From the NCBI GenBank assembly GCA_965649825.1, contig OZ287701.1:1381539-1445538 (forward strand): a stretch of 64,000 bases of DNA, read 5' to 3'. A model generated the notes under the pieces. The model saw only the letters and a list, made by a program, of their open reading frames with translations. It was not told the DNA's origin and ran no database searches. A program made the translations under genes and the position numbers. The stretch is from Penicillus capitatus (Eukaryota; Plantae; Chlorophyta). Below, piece by piece: positions 34,935 through 47,887 of this stretch (the stretch's first letter is position 1; each line of letters opens with the position of its first letter).

Positions 34935-37900
34935 ATGTCACGACGGGCTGCAGATCTCTTCAAGTGCTTCGTCGTCGCACTCTGTCTTGTCGGCGCTCTG
35001 ACGCTGGTGGGAGAAGCTTCACAAGGTGAACATAAAAACCTCGCTCTGCTTGACGCAACGACGCTAAACACGCCAGAGCCCAGACGCGAAAGCGACATGT
35101 TCGATTCCTTGGCGCGTTTACACGAAAACGAGGGAGCTTCTTTTACGTGTTCGGTTTCCAGATGACGCTTGCAGTTTGCTGCAAGCGAAGGACAACGCAG
35201 CCGGTGGCATGGGGACGACGTGGCACGTCGACGATGCGTTCCTCGACAAACATGGTTTGCAAGACGCTATCAACTGTACTGGCGATGGAGATATCATTTT
35301 GATAAGCGCTTCTAGCACCGTGCAATCGCCGAAGCCACTCAACATTACAAAACGACTTACGATTCGACATGGCCAGTCAGACGAGGCAAGGACGGAGACA
35401 GAGGATGACACGAGAACGACGTTGACATGTCCTTCGAACGACAGGCTTTTGCTCATCGAGTGCGTATTCCACGCAAGGCATTACACAGCCAGCGGACTTG
35501 GCGTGTCTAGGAACGCGAACGTCGTCTTGGAAGATATTGTCATCCGAGACTGCTCGTTCTCTGAGGACGATTCGGTCGACAGCATCATCGACGTCAAGTG
35601 CGATGCATCCGCAGACGAAGCCTTTGTCTTCGAGATGTCGAACGTCGACTTCGTCAACAACAGCAATCCCGGTGGTTCTGTTGGATTCTCTGTCCAGAAC
35701 CGGGCTTGCGTCTCAGTATCGATGGACAGCGTCGTATTCAGCGGAAACACGTTTCTCCACGGCTCGTTGTTTGGCCAGAAGAACGAGCTCAGAGACATAG
35801 GCCTATTTGAGAACGCTCAGATCTGGTCAGGATCTGCGAATGGTGGTCAGGAGCCGGCCAACCAAGAAACCGTGAAACATCCAGAGGGTCGGAAGTGAGT
35901 TGAAAAGGTCGCCACTGGCGCTTCTAACGATCTGCTTCGTTTTTCAGGTACATGCAGAATTCACCTCGTTTTGCAGAGAATCCACTTCTCTACTCTCTTT
36001 TTCGTTTCCCCAAGTCATCGACGACGACATTGGTGAATGTCATGGCCGAGAAGAATAAAGGAGAACTGATATCCGTCGAAGAGGCAAGACTGACGATAAA
36101 GGGCAGATCGAGTTTTCGTCGCAACGTTCTCGACGCAGCAGAAGGCGCGACGATCATTGCCTACGAAAGCGCGGTCCACCTCAGTGGCGTTTCGTTCCAA
36201 TCCAACGAGTACAGAACGGGCTCAGCTTTTTCCTTACACCAAGGATCCAATGGGACACTGGACGGTGTGCGCTTCCTCGATAACACGATCGATTCGGGGT
36301 CTTGTGTTTCTGTCACTAATGTCGCAGAATTGCAGATACACCGCATCCGCCTTTGAGGAAAACAAGGTCACAGACGGTCCTGTCATTTTCGTCAATGGAA
36401 AATGCGATGAGCGAGATCCGCTTCTGAATATTTCCAATACCCGTTTTTCGAAAAACAAGGGGGGAGACTTTTCTTTGACCGCGCTGCGCGTTGGTATCCA
36501 ACTTCTGATTGCAGGATTCGACGGCGGACGCGTGTTATTGCATTCGACCACGTTTTCATTGAATGGAATTGGCTGGGATGCAGACCGCATCTCTTTGAGT
36601 TCGATTCGTACTTTTTCCGGCAGCGGGAGTTTTCTCATGACGTCAAGTGAACACGTGGATTTCGCGATGACGGACTGCACTTTTTTTGCTAACCGTGTTA
36701 TGCAGAGTCTGTCTGAGATGTACTTCGACCAATGCAATGGCGACTTCCTTATCTCAAAATCGAGATTCTCGTCGAATATCGGCGTCGGCAAAGGACGCGT
36801 GATTTACTTTCATGACTCCGCGGGAGAACGCAGCAATCTGAGCATCGCCGATTCCGTTTTTCAAAACAATTGCGGCGATTTGAACAATATTCACATTGAC
36901 GGGGCAAAGAGCGTCCGTGTGGAGCGCAGCAATTTCACTGAAAACTGTGCTCATCTTGAAGGCTTTGCTCTGTTTGTCGATAATGCGGATTCCTTTGAAG
37001 CGCATGATTGCCAGATATTGGACAACATTATACTGTTTGATAGGCTCTATGGTCCAATGCTACTTCTTTCTGCCAGAAGTGGCGCGTTTGTGCTTCACTC
37101 AGTCCGCACCGTTGTTCTTAAGGGATCTGTCTTCTACAACAACACTGGATTCGTCGGCAGTGCAGTGCGATATGAGCCACGAAGCGACAAGACCAAGATG
37201 CTGGTCGAATTCTGCACGTTCCAGAAGAACATTGGGGTCAACGGAGTATTCTATCTCCTTCGTGGCAGAGAAGTGAAGGTCCAGAATTCCTCGTTCATTG
37301 AGAACATTTCGTTTGAAAAGACCGGAACCGTGCACTTGGAGGACACCTATGTCATGCGCGTGCAATCTTGCACGTTCCAGAAGAACGAAGCGGAGACGGG
37401 GGGCGGATTGTCAGTCGGTGGTTACCATACCGCGGAGATTTCGAGTTCCGCTTTCCATAGGAACAAAGCCCATTCTTTCGGCGGCGCCGTATGCATAAAC
37501 AATGGTAAATCCAAAAGCCATGGAGCCAAGATAAGGAATACAACTTTCACTGAGAACACGGCATTCATTGGAGGGGCGATGAGCTCGAGCGAAACAAATA
37601 GTTTTCACCTTCACGAATGCTCCTTTGTCAGAAACAGTGCAACTCTATACGGAGGCGCTGTCGCATTACTGAAAATGCCAGGATGGACAACTTATCTTCC
37701 CTGGCACAAACTTGGTTTCTTGTCATTCGCGGAGAACAGCGCAGCCTATGGAGGTTAGAAGTCAGTTCCTGTCTGTCAACAGATGACAACAGCGTCTTGT
37801 TCTTTGCAGGGGCATTGTTCATGGACACTTCAAAAAGAACCGTTAAATCCGACGACAAGAACAATGTTGTGATGCCGAAAGATGCAGTGCGTAACGATCG

Positions 37901-40498
37901 AGCGCAATGGCGCGATGGAAACTTGACGTTCTCAGGAAATCATGCCGAGATAGCCGGCGGTGCAGTTTTTGCTCAATACCGTGATCACATCGAGCGTTTG
38001 AAGCTGAGATGCACTCCGCCTCTGAATGCGTCGTCTGGAGGAGTCGATTCGAAGATCTCTTTCTCACGCACAGCAGCATGCGAAGAAATGAAAGGCAACA
38101 CAGTGAAAGATGGCGGCTATGGACCAGACATCGCCACTCCTTCGACAGGATTCTTTGCCACGATACTCTTCGAAAACGGCAAAAACCATTCTCTGGCTGA
38201 AGGAGACAGCGGTGACTTTGGAGACTGGAAGAGTGGAAAAGAATTGCCCTTGCTGCAGGTCACGATGTACGACTCCTTTGGACAAGGGCTGGCCCGAACA
38301 CGGTCGCATATCGCGGAAGTCGTGACATTCTTGCCAGATCAAGATCCGATTACATCATACGGTTTTCCAGTTACAGCGCTCCTACACTCAGAAGACAAGC
38401 TGTTTCGAAATGATCTGGTATGTAACTTGAGAGACGGAAAGGATATTCTCGTGATGGGATCGCCACTTGTGAAGCCTGGAAAGTATTCTGCGAAGCTGGG
38501 AGCACATGATGTTTCAGATGGAGACATCACATTCACGGTCACCGCTCGCGAGTGTGTGATCAATGAATACCGACGAGACGACAACAAGGAGTGCATCGAG
38601 TGCGATCACAGGCACTACAACTTCAACCCTGTGGATGGAAGTTGTGCAAACTGTCCAGAGAATGCCAACTGCACGGGGATGTATGTACTTCCTGATCCTG
38701 GGAAGTGGAACTCCTTTCCGTGCTCGCATGAGATTCATCGCTGCCTGTATGAAGACGCTTGTCTTGGAATGAACTTAGAGACTTCCCCCGAGGAAGATCT
38801 GCATGTCGACGAAGAGAAGAAAGACACGTGCGACTTCTCAGATGAAGCGATCGAGAAGTATCGAAAGGCCATGTGCGATGATGGCTACGAAGGTGTTCTC
38901 TGTGGGGCTTGCAATGAGAACTACGCCAAGATCGGACTGAGCCGGTGTCGGAAATGCCAAAATCGTTTTCTGATAGTGCTCGGCATCGCGGCCACCATGG
39001 TTCTTCTGACGTATTCTTCCACAGAACAGATCAGCGGAAATCTGGACAACGTCAGATCGAGATGGGTAGGCCGGATGGAACGGCTTCGAACGATGCCGAC
39101 AGAAGCAGCCATCCTCGAGGTAATCGACCGAGCAGAGGCCGATCAGGAACACGTCGAAGTGGCACAGAAAGCGAAGGAGCGGTTTGTTCTTGTGCTTCAG
39201 GTAAGCACCAGTTCTCCTTCTGATTCTCATGGGTCGAGTCTTCGCTGCAGATCATGCTGAATTTCCTGCAGTCGATCTGTGCGGCGATGTCGATACACTT
39301 CGAATGGTCAACGTACATCGTTCAGCTGTTAACGACATGGAGTAAGAGCGAACACGCCCTTGCGAGTTGCTGACGCCTTTGGCTCTGTGCAGATTGGATC
39401 AGTGGCACCGTGTCCGAAGTATCCACGTTCTCGTTCGAGTGCCTGCTTCCTGCTCGTGGGTCGACTCCTGGATCTGTCATACGAACCGCCCTCACAGTGA
39501 TCGTCCCACTCTTTGTCACCGCCATCATCTGTTCTTTCTGGGCAATCAGGACTATCGGCCGACGCATGCCGTGGAAGTTCTTCGTCAAGAGATGCATCCT
39601 GACCGCCGTCTCCGTTCTGTACGTTTCCTATCTCTCTCTGGCCGAGACGGCCATTAACGTCTTCTACTGCATTGATGTCTTCGACGAAGTCACACTTCAT
39701 GGTATCAGCACTTCTCGTTCCTATTGGGTCGCGGACACGGCTGTCAGATGTTATGCTGGTAGCCACAGAGTCCTTGTCTACGTCGTTGCCGTCCCTCTTC
39801 TCGTATTCGTTCTTGCGTATCCACTTGTGTTGGCCGTCGTAATGGTGATCGCGAATAGAAGAGGAAACTTAAGAACCGACTGGATCCAGTCGACGCTCGG
39901 GGTGCTCATGAATGGCTTCAAGACCGAGTTTGCTTTTTGGGACTGCACCATTTTGCTCAGGAAGGCTTTGATTGCGACAGTCATCGTGTTCGCTTACAAA
40001 TTCGGTGTTGCGCTCCAGGGAAATCTGCTGTGTTGTATTTTTGTCTGCTCGATGTATCTGCACTTGGTTTTCCTTCCTTACCAAACAAACGCCGGACCGC
40101 TGAATTTCCTCGAAGGGCTCAGTCTCTTCGTCTGCGGGACGACGGTCATGTCGGGTGTCATTCTCACTGACCCTAACACGACATCGGAAATCGTTAATCT
40201 GTTTTTGGTGCTCTATGTGTTAGCGAGTAACCTGGTTGCCTTCTCGATCTTCGGTTTCCATCTTCTGACCAACAAGTACACTGAAATCAAGTACACTCTT
40301 CTTTGCGAGGGTGTTGACGTGGGCAGCGGCGACGTCGTTGTCGTTCTGAAGACTTATGTTCGACACAAAACAGAGAAAGTGCGAAACTTGAGCCGAAAGA
40401 TCACGGAGAAGATGTCTCCGTCCAGACGCAATATGGCGGCGGAAGCTGGAGGCTCGGAATCGACAAGGAGCTTGCTCCCCTGTGGCAGCACCAACTAG
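34935..40498 (+). CDS. Large membrane protein: signal peptide, PMP-like GGA/FxxN beta-helix, Cys-rich repeats, multi-TM C-terminus; one apparent +1 frameshift near 36345
   Basis: Signal MSRRAADLFKCFVVALCLVGALTL; repeats FQKNEAETGGGL, FHRNKAHSFGGAV, FTENTAFIGGAM; Cys-rich CIECDHRHY...CANCPENANC...CDDGYEGVLCGAC; several TM helices in ORF 39410..40498. All junctions splice in frame except 36345, where no intron fits. Confidence 0.82.
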
Positions 40499-41345
40499 AT
40501 TCAATGGTGTTCTCCTCCTGAAGCGGACCTATTTCATTGACGTTAAGAGCTTGGTGCTCAAAAGTTCCTGTCTGTCTTCCCGATTCGATTGCGATGAAGG
40601 TGTCGAGTGCGACAAGTCGTCGCCGGTTGATGTTCGAGTGACGATCTTCTGCTTTAATGAGACAGTATCCTGTGGGTTTGGAAATGCGAATGTCACATCG
40701 CGAGCGCACACGAGGTTTCCAAGTAGCCGTCACGTCTACAATAAAAGGTTTGCGAACACAAACGTCGCGTCGTGTTCAACTGGAACGGCAGAACTGCATG
40801 CACAGTTCTGCGTGTTCAGCATGCAGCAAAGCGTCATTCAGACACGCGACATGGACGTCGTCGATCCCACTTTAGATGACATCCGTGATCGGTTATTCGA
40901 CACATCTGGCCAAAAGTGGGGACAGTGTATCGCCAGAAGTGTACTTCTTTCGTCCATGCTCACGCGAACCGGCCCTTCTAGACAAGCAGCATTGGCTGAA
41001 GCGCAAGCGAGATAGACACTCCGCGTACGACAAGGGTGATGATACACAGGCGGCATGCATTTCTTCGCTGAATGATTCAGAATGATTCCTTCTCGACTGC
41101 TGCGGCGATGTAAACCGCGAGAGGAACTCAAGTGCCATCAGTGGGTAATCTCCATTCCGCGAGTTCTCCAGTTCTGCTGGCGTTGATCGAGGCGTGTTCG
41201 CAGTTTCGCCTCGTCGAGCGATGGGCATCGTCGGGGTTCGACGGTACCAGGCAAGATCCACACTGCCAGTACGGCGACTACTCTGTTGAGTCCCTCTAAT
41301 GCACCCTATATCACACGTTTACCAGGATGTCTGTCCGTGTAGGGT

Positions 41346-44300
41346 ATGTTTGGAGTCCAGCAGAGACTCGCACGCGACCCTCGGTTGGAGAATCGGCGAT
41401 GGGCACCACTGTATCACACTCGACGACGTGCCTTTTCTGGAAGAGCTCCTCCGCTGCATGACCAGCGAGCACCGCCAGTGACTGCTGATCATGATCCCAT
41501 CAACACGACGATATCTCGCCTCTCCCTCGAGACCGTCAAAGAGCTTGAAAGAGTTGCTGAGGTTGGAGCTCTTCAGCGAGATGACGTTAAACAGAGCGTA
41601 CGGAACATCCTGGACCTTCTGCGTGCTGTCAGCCGTGAACAGTTCCGTCGAACGGGAGCGGGTGGTGTTGAGCCCAGAAAGAGTATGATAATGCCCACTC
41701 CTTTCCCTGAACGGGATGTTCAGCTGAACAATTCCATCATGTCCATCGCATTGGATGCGAGGAACAGTCTCCAGAATCTGGCAACAAACGCTTCTATCGC
41801 GGAGAAGCGTTCAATCCTCGAAGGCCTCCGGCTCATTAGAAACTGCGACGCTGATGTTCGTTGCGTAGGCGTCTTGCATTCGTATCGCCGACTGTTGGAG
41901 AGCGAAGTGCGTTTGAACTCCGTGCATATCACAACAATGCTTCATCGCACTGTGTCATTGTCGACGCGAATAGGACAGCACACATGGGTCCTTCAGAAGC
42001 ACGATGACTTCATCGGCAGCCTGTTGAGGAAGGTGTGTTTTGGAGTCTGTCAGGAGCATCGTGATCGTGCACTTGATTCAGGCAGAAAAGCATCTGGACC
42101 AGATGAATCCGGCGAGTTATGCAATCATGCTGTGGTCTCTGGGTAAATTCGGTTCCCAACTTCAAATGATCTCCATCGACGGACGCCCGTTTGACAGCTT
42201 TCTTCAAAACTTCATGGAGCATGTCAGCACGCAGTACGGCACCATGACTGCGGAACAACTGGCCTCTGCAACCGCAGGTCTGGCGATCTGTTGTCTTCCT
42301 TCCCTCGAATCGTTTTTCAGGATTCTCCATGTTGGGAGGAGACAGACCACCGTCCACTGGCCGATTTCTCACTTCTCTGTACGACGTCCTGCAGTCCAGG
42401 ATGCCAGAATTCAAGAAAAAGCATCTGATCACTGTCGCATTTGCCTTCAGTCATCTGTCCGTCCCGAAACCTCGAAGACTCGTCGAGCGTTTGTGCGAAG
42501 TCGTGGATCGCGGGATGGATGACTTCGCGCCTGCCGAAATGTTGAACTTTCTTCGATCGTTGCTCGTTCCCTACACTCCGTTGCCTCGACCCTTCTTCCA
42601 GAAGACAGTCGATCTGGTGGAATCCGGCTTGGACACACTTCACGCCGGGCAGCTCCTGAACTACTTTCGTCTCTGTTCTGTAGTACGTCGAAAACCCTCA
42701 GGCACTTGTGTTCCGTATCTCCATGGCAATTGGAAAGCTCTTTGTTGCAGAGAAACTGAAGGAAAGACTGAGTGCAACGTTCGACAATAGACGGAAGATA
42801 GAAGAGCTGAACCCGAGTCACTTGAGTCAGTTCTTGATGACCTGCACACACTTCGATTTCAAGCCAGAAGCTGCGATTCTTGCTTCGAAACAGCGATTTA
42901 TTGCGAATCCTTACGGTTTTGATGTGCCCAGTGCGACGACGATGGTGCAGGCATTGTGTTTGCTGAACGAAATCGACGATGATATCATGGAAGCAGTACG
43001 TCAAAGCAGATTGGCGTTTGTCGGACCAGCAGAGCTCAGCATGACGGAACGCAGACACGTCTGCAGATTGCTCATTGCCATGAAGATTCTCCAGAGCAAG
43101 GCGTGTCCTGAAGATCCTCCTGTGCCCATGACACGATCTCTCCCTTTTTAGGAAGCGACAGGATTTGTGTCGAGAGAGGTGGCAGATGTGTGCTATGCTG
43201 CTCATCGGTCGGCAATAAACGCAACCAGGCCATTCGATGTCGTACCAGAGGTCCTGGTCCTTCTCGGCGAAGCTGGATTCAGATGCAGACACTCGTGGAT
43301 GTTGAAGGAGGTGTCGGCGCTCGCGTTTCAGCTATATGGAGGAGATCGTGCCGTGTACACAGGTCCCGATACATCTGTCGAGCGCTGTGTTGCCGGCATC
43401 TGTGAGCGGAATGGAGAAGGATGTGAACATCGCTTTGGACGTCGTTTCGCCTGGCGTGGAAGACACGAAGGAATCTGTTTCGACACGGTCGCGATTTCGA
43501 CAGAGGATCCTGGGCGCCCTGGTTCGCACCGACGCTTCGTGGCAGTTCCCCGCGACTGTTTGCGTTCAGGGTTGGACGGTGATGACGATGAACATCGCAG
43601 ATTGGAGACAGTGTGTGGATCGACGGAGCAAGTGCAAACTGCTCTTTGATCTGATCAAGGAGCAGGCGGGATATGAATCGGCATTTCTGTGGAATGATGG
43701 CAGAGTGGCCGCGAACAACAAAGGCGATGCTTCAGAAGAGAAAGGGATCTCGGAGGACCAGAGCGCAACGGCCTCAAACCACTCGACAGAGGCAAACGTG
43801 GAGGAAAGAGCGAAGCTGGACATCGAGAGTTCCGCGCCTCCGCCTGAACTCTCCGACGACACAGAGATCACAGACGCCGCCGCCGCCGTGCACGCAGATG
43901 ACCACCACCAGGATGCATCCAGACAAGGTGCATGCACGTTTCGGAGCGCAGGTTGCCACTGAATCCGTCGCAGCATCTTCGACAGACGACGAGGGTCGCC
44001 GGGATGAAGGCTACGATATGTCCGATCTGTTCGGGGCGGACGAGGGGCCTGATCTGGAGGATGACGTTTTCAATCAAGGTGGCATTCCCGTTCTCGTGCA
44101 CTCAGGGCGATCCCATCCTGACTCTAGAGCGAGAGAGTGGCACTGTCATCACCGTTAGTGACAGTGACGCCGAGTCTTCGGATGACGGAAAGCTCGACGA
44201 GAAGGGAGAGAAGAAGACAGACGACGGACATCCGGATCGCGGTGCGCTCACGAACAAGCGTGGAATTTAAGAACCGTCGGTCGAATTCTGCAGAAACGGC

Positions 44301-44351
44301 GGATATGTCTCAAGACGATCCAGATACGGAAAACGTGGATTCCGACGCCTA
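41346..44351 (+). CDS. Helical-repeat (FASTK/OPR-like) protein with C-terminal RAP domain
   Basis: Repeats such as MNPASYAIMLWSLGKF, FKKKHLITVAFAFSHL, FAPAEMLNFLRSL; RAP-like NIALDVVSPG...RFRQRILGAL|GWTVMTMNIADW after removing an in-frame intron. Start uncertain; possible frameshift near 42700. Confidence 0.65.
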
Positions 44352-44479
44352 GAACGAGTTCGACGATCTCTCCGAGAAGGAGGACTCTCCCAGCAGAAGA
44401 GGCAGCGAAAGCAGAGAGTAGATCCGAAGACAGCCTTCTTTTACAACTAAGCGTCCATGCTTCCATTTTGACACAGTTT

Positions 44480-44917
44480 TCATCTCCCTTGAAGTTCACG
44501 CAAACGACGAATTGTACTGCGCACCGTCACCGAATTACCTGACGCGAACATAGACTGAGCATCGACAAGCAGGGAGCAAGAGACAGGAGATGGACCTGTG
44601 TTCAAGGCACAGGCTCCACCCGCTTGGGTCTTGTCTCAGGGCCGGCACTTCCAGATACCCACTGCGACACGCTTGAGCCATATTGCTCCAGAAGTCACCA
44701 CGGGATGAAGAGAATGCTGTGCCGACGAACTTTTCCGCAGAAGGAACAGAGGCACTCGGAGTGCCGATTGATCTCGATCTTCTTGCAGATTTTTGCGCAG
44801 ACTCGCTCCCTACCGTGTGCCGTACTTTCCAACGATGCCGACCTTCTTCGTGCGACGGGCCTGGACCACAGACGCGCATCGACAGCGGCGATCGCAAGAG
44901 TGGTTTCGACCGACCGT
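44480..44917 (-). pseudogene. RPL37A: 60S ribosomal protein L37a (eL43) pseudogene with introns retained
   Basis: ARRTKKVGIVGKYGTR*GASLRK (TAG 44810-44812), +1 in an A-run, CKKIEINRHSECLCSFCGK, AVGIWKCRP*DKTQAGGA (TGA 44636-44638), NSVTVRSTIRRLRELQGR*. The probable initiator exon reads ACG (44915-44917). Confidence 0.92.
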
Positions 44918-45548
44918 CTCGAAGGACTACGACTTCAGGTGGCGGCGTATAATGAGAGGCAGTTCATTGTTGCTTTGCCAGATGCGACGGATGAGAAAGC
45001 GACGATGGTGTCGACACCGGACGTCTTGGTCTCGTTCTCAACTCACTGCAAAGAACGCGTCAGTCGAGAGATCTGAGACAGACAAGCGATAAAGCACTGG
45101 ACAGCAGGATGGGCGCTTGGCCCGGCAAGGCGTCTTGAAATGTTAAACTGCCGCGACCGAGGGCGTTGACGCAGACTTGCTGCGTTCGCGCGAGATTTCT
45201 TTCTCCGAACGGACTGGAACGAACAGACCTGGCTCACGATAGCGGACTGCGCAAGGCAGCCTTGTCGATTGAACATCGGGAGTGTTTGTTTTAGAAATTC
45301 TGACATTGCAGTGAACGCAGCGACGCAGAATGCGATCTATTAGCGAGACGGGACATCTTTCGAAGAAAGAGACCTTCGGGGAGCGATGTGGCGACTTCTA
45401 CGAAGCTTTCTTAGTTTCCGAGATCGTCTTTTCGAAGGACGGATGTGACGCCGAAGATGGCGACGATTGAATAGACGTCTTCCATCGTCGTCAGTCATCC
45501 GTCTCATTCCTCTCGACGCCGCCACTCCGTTCGGCCTGAATCGACACC

Positions 45549-46291
45549 ATGCCGAGGATCCGCTACCACCGTCGACGTAATCTGTTTAGGAATTCTGCGC
45601 GGTGTCCTCTGCTGAGCCGTCTTCTCTCAGGCACCAAAGTATCAAAGCATCCACGTCGTCCATTTGAAAAGGAGAGGCTGGATGCCGAGCTGAAGTTGGT
45701 TGGCGAGCATGGATTGAAAAACAAGCGAGAGCTGTGGCGTGTCCAAGTGGCCTTGTCCAAGATCTGCAATGCTGCTCGGACACTGCTCATGTTGGAGGAG
45801 AATGATCCGAAGCGCATCTTTGATCGATGGTCGGTCAGACATTGATGAGACGCATGTATCAATCGCTATGGTCTTCTCCAAGAGGATCAGGTCAAACTCG
45901 ATTACGTGCTGGAATTGACTCCGAAGAATTTCCCGGAGAGACGTCTGCAGACGTTGGTCTCCAAACAAGGACTGGTGAAATCCATCCATCATGCACGTGT
46001 GTTGATCTTTCAGCGCCACATCCGGTAGGAATCGCGGCATCGATGATTTCTGCCGATGACGATCTGCGGTGTTGGGAAGCAGATTGTGAATAGACCATCC
46101 CTTGTTGTTCGCGTCGACAGCGAGAAGCACATCGATTTCTCCGTGACGAGTCCGTTTGATGGAAATCGCCCTGGCCGTGTGAAGAGGAGATCTGAAAAGT
46201 CTGTCTGTCCACAACTTCGATAAAGATGCATTCCATGTTGTTCAGATCGAAACAAGGAGGCGGCGATGGTGACGACTACGGCGATGATTAG
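45549..46291 (+). pseudogene. RPS9: 40S ribosomal protein S9 (uS4) pseudogene with introns retained
   Basis: [32 protein letters not shown]...; three +4 insertions at 45821-45865 give TGA TGA in frame; LDYVLEL...ERRLQTLV...[16 protein letters not shown]; acceptor reads ctgcgg where ctgcag is expected; [23 protein letters not shown]. Confidence 0.93.
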
Positions 46292-46407
46292 AAGAAAGAT
46301 GCGCACGCGGTGTCGGGGTCCTGTCTGTGGTTATCCCACAAGAGAACAATCGTTTTAAAGCATCGATACTGCAGACACAGAATCTCTCCGTCAAAAGTGA
46401 TCTGGTT

Positions 46408-47531
46408 CTACGCAAAACGCTGGATGTCAAGAGCGACATCCCTGAGCGATGGCATCTCGTCCATTGTCTTCACAACTTCCAACTGATCGAACTGTTGTCT
46501 GTCTCTCTTCAGCACCTGCCAGGGTTCAGGATAGCATCGAAACAATGCCCCTGATCAGCAACACAAGTTTCAGGTGATACCCTTTCTTCGGAAAGGAATG
46601 GACCTGGATACGACCCCTTGAAGTTGTGAATGTAGTAAACCTGGGTGAAGTTTGGAATGAAGCTCTTCGAAATGCGACCGATCTTTGGATAGAGCAAAGA
46701 AGGATAGTATCCAGTCCGAATGCGATCCAGTTCGCCGTTGAACACGATGATCGGGCGTCTGTTCTCCGACATGGATGTCCACAGCTCTTCGACGTAGAGA
46801 ATCTCTGTGCAATCCGCTGTTATCGGCGCGAAGTATCTGGGAAGGCAATGTGCCTACCGTCCACGTTGAAGTGTGGGTAGGCTATCACAAATATCTCATC
46901 GGTCTCTTTGATTTTCTCGCTTATCGGTTTCTTGTTTATGTCGATTCCGATGTCCATCAAAATCGTCGGCTTCATCAAGAAATCCAGCTGAAATCGCGAA
47001 GTCTCAAAGACGGGTGTGAGCTGTGCACTGCCCGCAGCAGGATCCATGGCTCTCCCTTGGATTGCCGTTCTGAGCTCCTACATGTCACTGCTATGACACT
47101 GTTTTATAGTCTGCAGCTGTTTCACAGATTCCTCTGGAAAGAAAATCCTTGTGGCTTCTGCCTTTCCCAAAATTTCGAAGATTCTGCTGTAGCGACGCAG
47201 ATAGTTCATACTGAAGTTCATTTCGTTTGCCCCGTCTGCATCTCCGGAAACGCTGGCAAGGCTGGCAGTCGGAAACTCGACCTCCATCAGTGTACACTCA
47301 TCGTCCATGGCCCGTTGTGTTGCCTCCTGTGCCTGTTGGATGGCCTCTTCGTATGTCCTCGGGAAAAGCTGAAGACGAAAGGCGTGCACAAGATCAACCA
47401 CTCATGCTGGTTACCGATAGAGGCTGTTTGGTAGATGCTGCACACTTCGCATGACATCCTTTTCGGACTGTTCTAGAACTCAGATCTGTCTGTCGCGAAC
47501 AAACGAGCGAAGGCCGCTCTATTACGAGCAT
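46408..47531 (-). CDS. DUF1995 family plastid protein, intact
   Basis: Transit-like N-terminus; FPRTYEEAIQQAQEAT...LMEVEFP, AYPHFNVDE, RPIIVFNGELDRIRTGYYP, GALFRCYPEPWQVL; introns join in frame; TAG at 46408-46410. Confidence 0.85.
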
Positions 47532-47887
47532 TGATGCCGCAGCAACCGCTCGTTAGAGAGTCTCGTCGCGCCGTTTGGCGAATAGAATGCGTCGAACAAA
47601 CCAACCCTCGGGAATGAGTCGCCGCTCGCTTCGGGAGTATGCCCCGAACCTTTTGCAACGTTCTGGCTAGAAGACGCCTTCGTCGCATGGAGTGAAACGC
47701 TGAAGAGTACTCACGTGTGGCTCTTCGTCTGCGAAATGTCTAAGCACACAAGTGACAAGACGGAAGAGACGTATCCATTCCCCTAGAGCGGAAAGGCAGA
47801 AGCGGCTGTAGACGGACGGATCCATACTTGGCATTGGGCATCTGGAACGCTCAAAATTGAATATGATCATGGTTTCGCGCAATCGGT

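Noticed and set aside
33200-34936. Minus-strand coding-like segments, briefly suggestive of a Maelstrom-type domain
   Set aside because: Similarity rests on a few scattered residues, frames contain stops, and no consistent splice model was found.
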